From assembly GCA_043745805.1 (NCBI GenBank), contig JAYTSD010000049.1, positions 1 through 29,354 on the forward strand: a stretch of DNA of 29,354 bases. The letters are read 5' to 3'. Shown here piece after piece: positions 10,366 to 19,417 of the stretch. The notes below the pieces were generated by a model. The model was not told where the DNA came from, did no database searches, and saw nothing but the letters and a program-made list of their open reading frames with translations. This DNA is from Fibrobacteria bacterium (GTDB lineage: Bacteria > Fibrobacterota > Fibrobacteria > UBA11236). Position numbers and translations under genes: made by a program. Each line of letters starts with the position of its first letter. Position 1 is the first letter of the stretch.

Positions 10366-11289
10366 TTAATTGACGTATACGGAAAAATCCACGTTGGCTT
10401 TGAGGGATTCATCACCCGTTGCTTTAAGCGCAAATTTTATCAATCCTAAATTACTTTTGTTCTCTTGCAATTGCTCAACTAACCTTTGAAACTGATCGAA
10501 ATTACAGGCAGCTTCGGCCTTAAAAATCATTTTCTTAATGTCGCCCAATTCCGTAGTACTTTCCAATTGCGGATTTTTCATTTGAATACCCAAATGCGAA
10601 GCCACGGTTTTCAATTGCGCTAATTCGCTTTGCACTTTGTCTTTATTCACAATGCGATCTTGCTTAGATCCGTTTTCCAAAGAGTATTTAACACTTCCAA
10701 AAAAAGAAAACTCTTGCTCTTTGCCGCGTGGCTGCAAAAGTCCAGCTTTCAAAGTAGAACCGTCAATTGCGCCTAATGCTGTTTTTAACAATTCATAATG
10801 AGGTAAGTCATAGGTTAATCCATGGACATAAAATTCTCCGGGTGAAGAGAAAATGAAATCCGCAAAACCCACACTTAAGGGCGTGGCCGTGCGAATTTGT
10901 TTTAGGATTTGTATACAAGCAAAGTTTTGATATTCAATTTTTTCCGAAGGAACTAAATCGTGATAGGATTTGGACTTGGGCGTTTGGCTATTTTCTTGCG
11001 GTAATTCATGGACAATTTCTTCAACGGCTTCAGAGGTTACCTGCTTGGGAATCACATGCTCCACCGGCGCTTTAGGGATATTTGCCTCGGCTAATGCTTT
11101 TGCGGCCTGATCTTCCTTAGCTTTTTCTTGGAATTGACTTTTGTATTGTAAATAAAAATATGCGCCGCCACCACAGAGTAAAAGCGTTAGTACTAATATT
11201 AATACTTTTTGTTTTTTCGCCGGAGCTTGGTCTTCCATAACCAGCACCACTTTGGGCTGCAATTGGCGAAGTAGGTTTATCTTAATCAT
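10366..11289 (-). CDS. PilN-like type IV pilus alignment protein with a C-terminal PilO-like domain
   Basis: N-terminal MIKINLL PilM-binding motif, a single TM, and a start immediately after the pilM stop. The last ~90 aa resemble PilO. Confidence 0.65.
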   Translation of the reverse strand: MIKINLLRQLQPKVVLVMEDQAPAKKQKVLILVLTLLLCGGGAYFYLQYKSQFQEKAKEDQAAKALAEANIPKAPVEHVIPKQVTSEAVEEIVHELPQENSQTPKSKSYHDLVPSEKIEYQNFACIQILKQIRTATPLSVGFADFIFSSPGEFYVHGLTYDLPHYELLKTALGAIDGSTLKAGLLQPRGKEQEFSFFGSVKYSLENGSKQDRIVNKDKVQSELAQLKTVASHLGIQMKNPQLESTTELGDIKKMIFKAEAACNFDQFQRLVEQLQENKSNLGLIKFALKATGDESLKANVDFSVYVN

Positions 11290-12228
11290 TTAGGAATCTC
11301 CTCGGCGACGCAATGCCAATCCAACGGCTGCGGCACATTGCGGAGCACTTTCCTGATACGCTTCGCTTTTTTCTTGACTCACGGAAAAAGTCATCCGTTT
11401 AAAGGAATTTAAAAGCAAAACTTCCAAAGGCAAATTGGCAGTTAAATTATCTTTGAAAACTTGGTCGAGTGATAAATCACCGCATAAAATAATATTTTCG
11501 AAATCGCCCAATTCCTCTTGCGCTTTATCAAAAAAACTGCGCACTTGATGGACTAAATCTAAGGTCATATCCTCTTTAGCGGAATCACTTAGATTGGTAA
11601 AACTATCGTCGACAACAATATGATCAAGTCCGAGAAATTGCCCATTCGCATTGCGAATACATTTGATACTATGCGCATCCGCTTTAACAATAAAAGTCTT
11701 TTGAGCTACAAAATCAGGATAATTGGCTTCAAATGCATTTTGTGCGGCAAACACATCCACGTCCAGCACATCGACTTCGAAACCGGTAGCGGCTAAAACA
11801 CGCTTAAATTTTTCGATTTCATGTTTTCGATAGGCCGCCACTAAAAACAACTTTGCAGTTTCACTTTGATTAGAACCTAGGTTTTGATAATCAAATAAAT
11901 ATTCTTCTAAGGGATGCAACAAGTACTGTTCCATCTCCCATTGTATTGCATCCGCAAAATCAATTTCTTCATTAGGAATTTCCACGTTACGTATCACAGC
12001 ATACTCACCAGGAATAGACGCGATCACTTCCACTTTGGATTTACGAATAAACTTATTAGCCGCTTCACGAACTTGTTCGGTTAAATAAGTTTCGTTTTCC
12101 CATTGTGAGGGTTCTAAAGAATGAATAGCTACACCCACAATTTGCTTTTCGCCGGGTAAGTATTCTACCAGTTTTAAATAAGCCTTACTGAGTTCTAAGG
12201 CGATGATACATTTTGCTTTTTTTGCCAT
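11290..12228 (-). CDS. pilM: Type IV pilus assembly protein PilM (actin-like)
   Basis: VIASIPGEYAVIR, AIQWEMEQYL...FDYQ, LVAAYRK, VDVLDVDVFA and C-terminal AAAVGLALR are typical of PilM. Confidence 0.85.
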   Translation of the reverse strand: MAKKAKCIIALELSKAYLKLVEYLPGEKQIVGVAIHSLEPSQWENETYLTEQVREAANKFIRKSKVEVIASIPGEYAVIRNVEIPNEEIDFADAIQWEMEQYLLHPLEEYLFDYQNLGSNQSETAKLFLVAAYRKHEIEKFKRVLAATGFEVDVLDVDVFAAQNAFEANYPDFVAQKTFIVKADAHSIKCIRNANGQFLGLDHIVVDDSFTNLSDSAKEDMTLDLVHQVRSFFDKAQEELGDFENIILCGDLSLDQVFKDNLTANLPLEVLLLNSFKRMTFSVSQEKSEAYQESAPQCAAAVGLALRRRGDS

Positions 12229-12272
12229 GACGCTTAATTATACTATTTTCGAAACTTGTGCTTCTAGGTTTT

Positions 12273-12749
12273 TCAGTGTGAGGGAAGACTTATATTGAGA
12301 CTTAAATGCGATTTCATCTTTTCCAGCTTCTTTTCACCAATGCCTTTAACTTCGGTTAAATCGCCTAAACTCTTAAAAAACCCATTTATTTGTCGATACT
12401 TGATGATATTCTCCGCCGTTTTAGGGCCTATTCCCGGAACTGTTGCTAATTGTTCTGCCGTTGCCTTATTCAAGTCAACTATTCCCGAAAAATCAGCTTT
12501 ACGTACATAATGATACTCCGTTTTCTCTAATTTGCCCTCAATCTTTTTCGGGGATGTATCGGAAACGACATTTTGGGATAAACTGTCGAGGGAAACGGTA
12601 TCCGTAACATTCGTGTCAATAGCGCTCCAAGCTAGATTATTATGCACACCCATTTGTATATGTTTGCGCTCATATTGCTTCACAGCAAATCCTATGGCGC
12701 AGGCCATAAAAATCAAAATCAAATATTTTTTCTCTTTGGAAGTAAACAT
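12273..12749 (-). CDS. comEA: ComEA-family helix-hairpin-helix DNA-binding protein
   Basis: N-terminal TM; VDLNKATAEQLATVPGIGPKTAENIIKYR...LTEVKGIGEKKLEKM tandem HhH motifs. Confidence 0.88.
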   Translation of the reverse strand: MFTSKEKKYLILIFMACAIGFAVKQYERKHIQMGVHNNLAWSAIDTNVTDTVSLDSLSQNVVSDTSPKKIEGKLEKTEYHYVRKADFSGIVDLNKATAEQLATVPGIGPKTAENIIKYRQINGFFKSLGDLTEVKGIGEKKLEKMKSHLSLNISLPSH

Positions 12750-12759
12750 GGTTTTGTTC

Positions 12760-12767
12760 CAAAGATA
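12760..12767 (-). promoter_or_regulatory. TAnnTTTG promoter-like element upstream of comEA
   Basis: TATCTTTG on the minus strand, 10 nt before the ATG; the same TATCTTTGGAA occurs upstream of pcrA. Confidence 0.45.
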
Positions 12768-12806
12768 GCAAGGAGAAAATAGTTTGGGTCGAGCCTTAGC
12801 CTTAAC

Positions 12807-13817
12807 TTAAACGCTAGGGTGTTTTAACTGCGATAATGCCGCAACAATAACGGGATCATAACGTTTACCATTTTCCTTTTCCAATACCGCTAAAGCTTCG
12901 ACTTCATTGTAAGGCGTGCGGTAGGGACGTGATGCTTGTAGGGCGATAAAGGCGTCTGCAACGGCCAATAAACGGGCATAGGGAGTAATGGCCAATCCTG
13001 CTAGTCCTCGTGGCTTTCCTGTTCCGTCAAAGTTTTCTTGAAAGTCTTCCAGTATACGGCTTATGCTGGAAAGCCCCGGCATGGCTTGCAAGGTTTCGCA
13101 AGTCCAAACCCATTGATTGCGAATAAAATTTATTTCCCCTTCGGTAATCGGTTCGGTTTTTTCTAATAAACGCAGTGGTACTCTAATTTTCCCCAATTCA
13201 TAAACAAAACACAGTATAGGCCAATCTTTTTCTGCTTCAATAGGCCATTGCAAGGCTTGAATGAGGCTTTGACCCAAAATTAAAACTTGCTCGCTTTTGT
13301 TTTCCAGCACCGGACAATGTTCATTAACCATTTGATTGAGTAAACGCGCCCAAGCCAAAAGCGACTTCTCATCGTTGGAAAATTCATTGTTCGGTGGAAA
13401 GGGCACGGCCTGTAAGGAAACTAATTTGGAATATAAAAGATTTTCTGCTTTAATCCGTCTATTCGCAATGGCTCTCTCAGCGCGCTCGGCAATTTCTTCG
13501 AGATGAAAAGGTTTTACTAAATAATCAAAGGCCCCTTCGCGCAAAGCCTGGATGGCAGAATGATGCGACGGATTGCCCGTGGTAATGATAACGGGAATTT
13601 CCAGGCCCTCTTGTTTAATACGATGCAGCAAATCGAGGCCACTTAAACCTTGCATACTGATATCGGTAATCACTAAATCGGGATTATTTAATAAAGTCAA
13701 TTCCAAAGCTTTTTCGCCCGTAGTGGCCGGAAAAACGGTATACCCTTTTTCGGTAAAAAAGCGCGTTAATATATCAGTGATGTGACTTTCATCGTCACAT
13801 AGGACAAGCTTGGACAT
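12807..13817 (-). CDS. Response regulator: REC domain plus degenerate HD-GYP domain
   Basis: REC with DDE, ITD (phosphoacceptor), TG and KPF. The C-terminal half has YELGK, ENFDGTGKP, ADAF and RPYR, i.e. an HD-GYP scaffold lacking the HD and HH ligands. Confidence 0.88.
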   Translation of the reverse strand: MSKLVLCDDESHITDILTRFFTEKGYTVFPATTGEKALELTLLNNPDLVITDISMQGLSGLDLLHRIKQEGLEIPVIITTGNPSHHSAIQALREGAFDYLVKPFHLEEIAERAERAIANRRIKAENLLYSKLVSLQAVPFPPNNEFSNDEKSLLAWARLLNQMVNEHCPVLENKSEQVLILGQSLIQALQWPIEAEKDWPILCFVYELGKIRVPLRLLEKTEPITEGEINFIRNQWVWTCETLQAMPGLSSISRILEDFQENFDGTGKPRGLAGLAITPYARLLAVADAFIALQASRPYRTPYNEVEALAVLEKENGKRYDPVIVAALSQLKHPSV

Positions 13818-13823
13818 GTTCTC

Positions 13824-15461
13824 TCATTTTTCTAATGATGCTTTCACTAGATGATAGAACAAGGGAGAGGGATTACGCAAGTTACTCGTAAGTTCCGGAT
13901 GAAATTGGCAACCCATGAAATATTTATGTCCAGGCAATTCCAAGATTTGCATGATGTCTTCTTGCGGGGCTTTACCCGAAAAAACTAAACCGCATTTTTC
14001 TAATTGCTCAATAAACGCTGGATTCACTTCATAACGATGGCGAAAACGCTGGCGCACGGATTTTTTATTGCCAAAAATTTTAAAAGCTTGAGAATCTTCT
14101 TTAATTTCCACATCATGTCCACCTAAACGCATTGTGCCACCTTTTTGGGTGAGGTTTTTTTGACCAGGCAAAATATCAATGACGGGATAATTCACTTGCA
14201 CACCTTCATCGATTACTTCCGAAGTATTCGCGCCTTGCAAACCGCAAACATTGCGCGCAAATTCCACCACGGCCAATTGCATGCCATAGCAAATTCCCAA
14301 ATAAGGAATATTCTTTTCGCGCACATATTGAATGACTTGAATTTTACCTTCGATGCCTCGTAAGCCAAAGCCGCCGGGAACAATAACACCATCGACATCA
14401 TGTAACAATTCGGCAACAGGTTCACTCTCGCTAATTTTAGAAGTGTCTATCCATTTAATATTCACTTTGACATTTAAATGCGCCCCGCAATGCGTTAGGG
14501 CTTCCACTACTGAAGCATAAGAATCTTCGAGAGTCGTATATTTGCCACACAGCGCAATCGTGACAATGCGCGTAGGGTTTTCCATATTGTTTTTAATATT
14601 CTGCACCCACACGCCCCATTGACGTAAATCGGGAGGCGAATAAATCCCCAATTTGGAATGCAATAATTCCGGCAAGCCTTCTTGTTCATAAATTAAAGGA
14701 ATTTCATAAACGGATTTTACATCCACGCCGGAAATCACCGAGCTAGGATGAATATTGCAATACGATGCAATTTTTTCTTTGATGGCCGGACTTAAAAATT
14801 CACTGCAACGACCAATTACTACGTCCGGATCAATACCTTTTTCATTCAATAAGCGCACCGACATTTGTGTCGGTTTACTTTTTTGTTCATTCACTCCATT
14901 AGGAATGGGCACATAGGTTAAATGAATACAAATAATATTTTCCGAGCCGACATCCCGCTTTAATTGACGCACTGCTTCGATATAAAATTGATTCTCCAAA
15001 TCACCCACGGTGCCACCCACTTCAATGAGTACCACATCGGCGGCTTCACTTTTGGCAATATCTAAAAACCAATCCTTGATACAATCAGTAACATGCGGAA
15101 TAAATTGTACGGTTTTACCAAGATAATCACCGCGTCTTTCTTTTTCCAAAATCTTTTTGAACACTTTACCCATAGTCAAATTCCAATGGAATTTAGTTTG
15201 GATATTCATGAACCGTTCATAATGGCCAAAGTCCATATCCACTTCGCCGCCATCGTCTTGCACAAATACTTCGCCATGCTCAATGGGATTCATGGTACCA
15301 GGATCAGTATTGAGATATCCGTCACATTTTATGGGTATCACTTTTAATCGATCAGAGAGCAAATTACCAATGGAGGCGGCAGCAATTCCCTTACCTAATC
15401 CGGAGAGTACGCCACCCGTTACCACAATAAATTTACAATTGCTTTTTTTCACTTTAGACAT
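13824..15461 (-). CDS. pyrG: CTP synthase
   Basis: VTGGVLSGLGKG, DPGTM, GHYERF, GGTVGD, KSKPTQ; glutaminase motifs PGGFG, GICYGMQ, RHRYE, QFHPE. Confidence 0.98.
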   Translation of the reverse strand: MSKVKKSNCKFIVVTGGVLSGLGKGIAAASIGNLLSDRLKVIPIKCDGYLNTDPGTMNPIEHGEVFVQDDGGEVDMDFGHYERFMNIQTKFHWNLTMGKVFKKILEKERRGDYLGKTVQFIPHVTDCIKDWFLDIAKSEAADVVLIEVGGTVGDLENQFYIEAVRQLKRDVGSENIICIHLTYVPIPNGVNEQKSKPTQMSVRLLNEKGIDPDVVIGRCSEFLSPAIKEKIASYCNIHPSSVISGVDVKSVYEIPLIYEQEGLPELLHSKLGIYSPPDLRQWGVWVQNIKNNMENPTRIVTIALCGKYTTLEDSYASVVEALTHCGAHLNVKVNIKWIDTSKISESEPVAELLHDVDGVIVPGGFGLRGIEGKIQVIQYVREKNIPYLGICYGMQLAVVEFARNVCGLQGANTSEVIDEGVQVNYPVIDILPGQKNLTQKGGTMRLGGHDVEIKEDSQAFKIFGNKKSVRQRFRHRYEVNPAFIEQLEKCGLVFSGKAPQEDIMQILELPGHKYFMGCQFHPELTSNLRNPSPLFYHLVKASLEK

Positions 15462-15485
15462 GGGTTTTCCTAAAAAATTTTCAAC

Positions 15486-16256
15486 TTATGCATTAGGTAA
15501 ATGAGGGATGGCCATAGGAAAGGCGGGTAAGTGGGTGAGCAAAATCCGCGCGCGTTCCAAGTCTTCGGGAGTATCAATTGCTTGTCCATTATAAGGGCAA
15601 GCATGGGCCTTAACTGGAGCAATATTAAAATCCCGCAAGAGTTCAATATTCAATTCGTATTCTTGCCTCGACATCGGTGTCTTTGCATATTTTTTTAAAT
15701 AATCTTTATGATATCCATAAGCCCCAACATGCAATTCCGTGCGACCCGGAACCGGAGATATTTTATCCCGAAAAAAATCAATAACAAAATCCTGCGGACT
15801 TAATTTTACTTTGACTCGATTAGGATTGCGTAAATCATCCACCTTTGGCGGCGTGGCATGCACTATGGTATGCGCCCATTCGGGATGGACTTCGGTTTCA
15901 CGACATAAAGTACGCAACGCTTCTAGAGGAAATAATGGTTCATCGCCTTGTAAATTCACTACTAAATCTGTTTCAATAGCCTCTAAATTTTTAGCAATGC
16001 GATCCGTACCATTAAAAGCTTTTCCGGTTTTCACGGCACGAAAACCATTTTTTATGGCAAGATTGAAAATGTCATCATTATCGGTTAAGCAAACGATGTC
16101 AGCAAAACATTGGGCTAGACGAGCTCTTTCCAAGGTATGCAACACGACAGGAATGCCTCCTAACGATTGTAAAAGTTTGCCCGGAAAGCGGCTCGACGCT
16201 AAGCGAGCAGGTACCGCACAGGTTACCTTTGACAAAGGAATAGCTGCTTTACCCAT
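15486..16256 (-). CDS. kdsB: 3-deoxy-manno-octulosonate cytidylyltransferase (CMP-Kdo synthetase)
   Basis: PARLASSRFPGKLL, GTDR, VVNLQGDEP, IDTPEDL; adjacent to pyrG. Confidence 0.88.
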   Translation of the reverse strand: MGKAAIPLSKVTCAVPARLASSRFPGKLLQSLGGIPVVLHTLERARLAQCFADIVCLTDNDDIFNLAIKNGFRAVKTGKAFNGTDRIAKNLEAIETDLVVNLQGDEPLFPLEALRTLCRETEVHPEWAHTIVHATPPKVDDLRNPNRVKVKLSPQDFVIDFFRDKISPVPGRTELHVGAYGYHKDYLKKYAKTPMSRQEYELNIELLRDFNIAPVKAHACPYNGQAIDTPEDLERARILLTHLPAFPMAIPHLPNA

Positions 16257-16552
16257 TATTGACCCAGTACTTTAGGAATGGAAAAATGTTCCAAATCCAC
16301 GGCAGGCGCATTTAAAAAGGTTTTATCCTTGCTAAGGCTCGGTAAAATAATATCTTCGCGCAAAGGTCTTGGGGAAGAATCTACGCTGAGCATAGGTTCC
16401 ACATCTTTCAAATCCAAACCCTTAAGTATATCCACATAGGACATCAATTGATCAAGCGAAGCGGTGTATTTTTCCACTTCCGCTTCGGAAAGCTCTAAAC
16501 GAGCCAAGCTAGCCACTTTTAATACATCTTCTTTGCGTACTTGCATAATCAA
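16256..16552 (-). CDS. gatC: Asp/Glu-tRNA amidotransferase subunit C
   Basis: VLKVASLARLEL, VEPM, LRED, NAP....F.IPKV; TAATG overlap with kdsB. Confidence 0.93.
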   Translation of the reverse strand: MIMQVRKEDVLKVASLARLELSEAEVEKYTASLDQLMSYVDILKGLDLKDVEPMLSVDSSPRPLREDIILPSLSKDKTFLNAPAVDLEHFSIPKVLGQ

Positions 16553-16642
16553 ACCCCAGCCTTCAATAATGGCCTAAATATAGTAGAAACCGAGCCAAAA
16601 AAATCTTTTACTGTGTGTGCCGGTCAATTCATCTGGAATAAA

Positions 16643-16658
16643 CCTGCAAGGATGCAGG
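16643..16658 (-). terminator. Weak hairpin downstream of pcrA, possible terminator
   Basis: CCTGCA-AGGA-TGCAGG inverted repeat followed on the minus strand by TTTATT. Confidence 0.3.
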
Positions 16659-16693
16659 GCTAGGACAAAATTACATTAAGGAGTCGGAAATTT

Positions 16694-19060
16694 TTAATCG
16701 AGAATGACCAGTTTAGCGAATTTAACCATTAATTTACGGCGCATACTATTTTGCGAAAAAAGTACGTCCACAAATGCAGAGTCGCCATGACCCTCAGTAT
16801 GCATGATTTTGCCTTCGCCAAATTTATCATGCTTAACTCTTTGCCCTTTAAAAAAATGCTCGCCTTCTTGGCTAAAATTTTCATAATCAGGAAAGCTTTC
16901 CGTTTCTAAGCTAGCGCTGGCTCCATAAGGCGATCCCGATTTATTATCGTGTCCACTGCTAAACCAAACCTTGGGCGCTTTTTTAAAATTCTGTACATGA
17001 CTAGCATCCATTTCTTGTAAAAACCGCGAGCCAAAACCTTCTTTATAAATGCCATAGCGCCGACGACGTTTGGCATAAGACAAAAATAATTGTTGCCGCG
17101 CACGGGTAACCGCCACATACATGAGGCGTCTTTCTTCTTGTAAATCATTTCCTTCACTGCCTTCACGCAATAAAGGAAATAAACCATCTTCCAAACCCGT
17201 GACAAAGACTTTGGGAAATTCCAAACCTTTAGCGCTATGCACGGTCATTAAGGTTACCGCGTCTTGGCTAGCTTTTAAAGTATCCAAATCCGAAAGCAAA
17301 GAAATTTCCTGTAAAAATACTTCTAAGTCGCTGCCATCAAGGGTTTCGCCGGCTAGCGCCATTTGCAAAGCATTTCCCATTTCAGGATCATTTAATAAAT
17401 CAGGTTCTTTTTTTTCCACTTTGCGACTTAAAAAATCTTGTGCTGCCGAAATAAGCTCTTCCAAGTTGGCAAGACGATCGAAGCTATCCTCACTGCCATC
17501 CTCTTCCAAATATTTTTTATATCCTGTGCGTTCAATCACAGCTTCTATTAATTGTGGCAAGGCCACGCTTAAGCTTTCTAAGCGCAAATCATCCAGCAGC
17601 TTGGCAAAGTCCGCAATTTTTTTAGCGGCTCCTGCCGAAACCCCTTCGGGCAAGGACTGGGGCGTTTTGCCGCCTAAAGGCGCGCGCGCGCTGTTTAAGG
17701 CTTCATGCAGCGGTATCTGATGATCCACCGCATAGTCCGCAAAGGCTTGTATGGTTTTTTCGCCAATGCCGCGCTTAGGGACATTGATAATTCGACTTAA
17801 AGACACACTATCATTGGGATTGCAGAGATGACGTAAATAAGCCAATAAATCTTTAACTTCTTTGCGTTCATAATAACGTGTGCCGCCCACAATTAAATAA
17901 GGCACTCGTTGACGACGAAATTCATCTTCGAGTAAACGCGATTGGGAATTTAAACGATAGAAAACCGCGATATCACCAGGCCTATGCACGGTGTCTTCTT
18001 TAATTTTTTTAGCAATAAAAGTCGCTTCCGCAATATCATCTTCTTGTTCAATCAATTGCACTTTTTCGCCTTCGGCATTTTGCGTCCAAAGGGTTTTATC
18101 CATACGCGCGGTATTGCGGCGAATAATAGAATTGGCTACGCCTAAAATATTCGCTGAAGAACGATAATTTTGTTCCAACTTAGTCACATGCGCATTGGCA
18201 TAATCTTTTTGGAAAGACAAAATATTGGTAATGTCCGCACCGCGCCAACCGTAAATACTTTGATCATCATCACCCACCACCACCAAATTATTATGCGGTC
18301 CGAGTAATAAACGTATTAATTGATATTGTGCTTTATTGGTATCTTGATATTCGTCCACCAAAATATAACGAAAGCTACGGCTAAAGGCACTACGAATTTC
18401 GGGTTGGCTTTGTAAAAGCTGAATCGCCAAAAAGATCAAATCGTCGAAATCCATGCCATTATTGGCTTGTAAGTCTTTTTGATAGCGGCCATAGAGATCC
18501 GCCATTTTTTCTTCAAAGCGATCACTCGCAACGGTTTTCGCTTGCGTGGCTGTCATGCCTTGATTTTTACAGGAACTAATAAAATGGCGCAAGCGCTCTA
18601 CGGTATAATCGGGATTTTCCTCATAGCCCGCATCTTTCAATAATTTTTTCACTAATTTTTTTTGATCGTCTACATCATAAATGGAAAACTGGGCGCTATA
18701 ACCAATAGACGGTGCATGAAAACGCAAAAGTTTGGCACATACCGAATGAAAAGTCCCCATCCAGGGCATACGCACAGCAAAACCCAAAAGATGAGCAATG
18801 CGCTGGCGCATTTCCGCCGCTGCTTTATTAGTGAACGTAACTGCCAAAATTTCAAAAGGCCGCAAACCTTTTTCACGCATCAACCAAGCAATTTTATAAG
18901 TCAATACTCGTGTTTTACCACTGCCCGCACCGGCCAAAATAAGTTGTGGCCCGGGAAAGTGAATAACGGCATCGAGTTGCGGCGAATTGAGTAAAGTCGC
19001 TAAACTTTTTTCACTTAAGGAAGTGGCTGAAGGTTTGGTAGAATTTTCGAACATGTCCAT
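16694..19060 (-). CDS. pcrA: SF1A DNA helicase PcrA/UvrD with C-terminal Tudor-like domain
   Basis: AGAGSGKT, TFTNKAA, VDEYQD, VGDDDQSIYGWRGA, QNYRS, TVHSAKGLEF, EERRLMYVAVTRA; tail VKHDKFGEG. The ATG at 19060 is preferred over the TTG at 19075, which lies inside a promoter-like motif. Confidence 0.95.
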   Translation of the reverse strand: MDMFENSTKPSATSLSEKSLATLLNSPQLDAVIHFPGPQLILAGAGSGKTRVLTYKIAWLMREKGLRPFEILAVTFTNKAAAEMRQRIAHLLGFAVRMPWMGTFHSVCAKLLRFHAPSIGYSAQFSIYDVDDQKKLVKKLLKDAGYEENPDYTVERLRHFISSCKNQGMTATQAKTVASDRFEEKMADLYGRYQKDLQANNGMDFDDLIFLAIQLLQSQPEIRSAFSRSFRYILVDEYQDTNKAQYQLIRLLLGPHNNLVVVGDDDQSIYGWRGADITNILSFQKDYANAHVTKLEQNYRSSANILGVANSIIRRNTARMDKTLWTQNAEGEKVQLIEQEDDIAEATFIAKKIKEDTVHRPGDIAVFYRLNSQSRLLEDEFRRQRVPYLIVGGTRYYERKEVKDLLAYLRHLCNPNDSVSLSRIINVPKRGIGEKTIQAFADYAVDHQIPLHEALNSARAPLGGKTPQSLPEGVSAGAAKKIADFAKLLDDLRLESLSVALPQLIEAVIERTGYKKYLEEDGSEDSFDRLANLEELISAAQDFLSRKVEKKEPDLLNDPEMGNALQMALAGETLDGSDLEVFLQEISLLSDLDTLKASQDAVTLMTVHSAKGLEFPKVFVTGLEDGLFPLLREGSEGNDLQEERRLMYVAVTRARQQLFLSYAKRRRRYGIYKEGFGSRFLQEMDASHVQNFKKAPKVWFSSGHDNKSGSPYGASASLETESFPDYENFSQEGEHFFKGQRVKHDKFGEGKIMHTEGHGDSAFVDVLFSQNSMRRKLMVKFAKLVILD

Positions 19061-19072
19061 CCGAGGAAATTC

Positions 19073-19080
19073 CAAAGATA
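19073..19080 (-). promoter_or_regulatory. TAnnTTTG promoter-like element upstream of pcrA
   Basis: TATCTTTG on the minus strand, 12 nt before the ATG at 19060. Confidence 0.45.
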
Positions 19081-19123
19081 ATTTTTTATAGACGCCATGA
19101 CTGGCCTATTTTGCAGAATTCCA

Positions 19124-19164
19124 TTGACTTAACGTAAATAGTGGTATATATTATGGTATATCAC
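19124..19164 (+). promoter_or_regulatory. Sigma70-type promoter and overlapping autorepression operator of vapBC
   Basis: TTGACT (19124-29), 17-bp spacer, TATATT (19147-52). Inverted repeat GTGGTATA-N8-TATATCAC (19141-19164) contains TGGTATAT twice and overlaps the -10. Confidence 0.7.
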
Positions 19165-19186
19165 ATTCCCATCTCAAGAGACTAAA

Positions 19187-19417
19187 ATGACAACAACGAA
19201 ATTATTCATGAATGGAAGAAGTCAAGCAGTGAGACTACCTAAAGAATGTCGTTTTGAAGAAGACGAAGTAGAAATCAAAAAAATTGGAGATATGGTGATT
19301 TTGGTACCGAAAGATAAAGTCCTAGAAATCTTTCAAAAGTCTTTTGACAAATTTCCCAAAGATTTCCGTATTAAAAGAGAAAAAGATTATCCCAAAGAAA
19401 GAGAATCTTTGAATTGA
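19187..19417 (+). CDS. vapB: AbrB/MazE-fold antitoxin VapB
   Basis: TKLFMNGRSQAVRLPKECRF signature; 76 aa; overlaps vapC by 4 nt. Confidence 0.93.
   Translation: MTTTKLFMNGRSQAVRLPKECRFEEDEVEIKKIGDMVILVPKDKVLEIFQKSFDKFPKDFRIKREKDYPKERESLN

Noticed and set aside
17679..17691. GC dinucleotide run GGCGCGCGCGCGC within pcrA
   Set aside because: In frame (Ser-Ala-Arg-Ala-Pro) within a variable loop, and too short to argue for phase variation.
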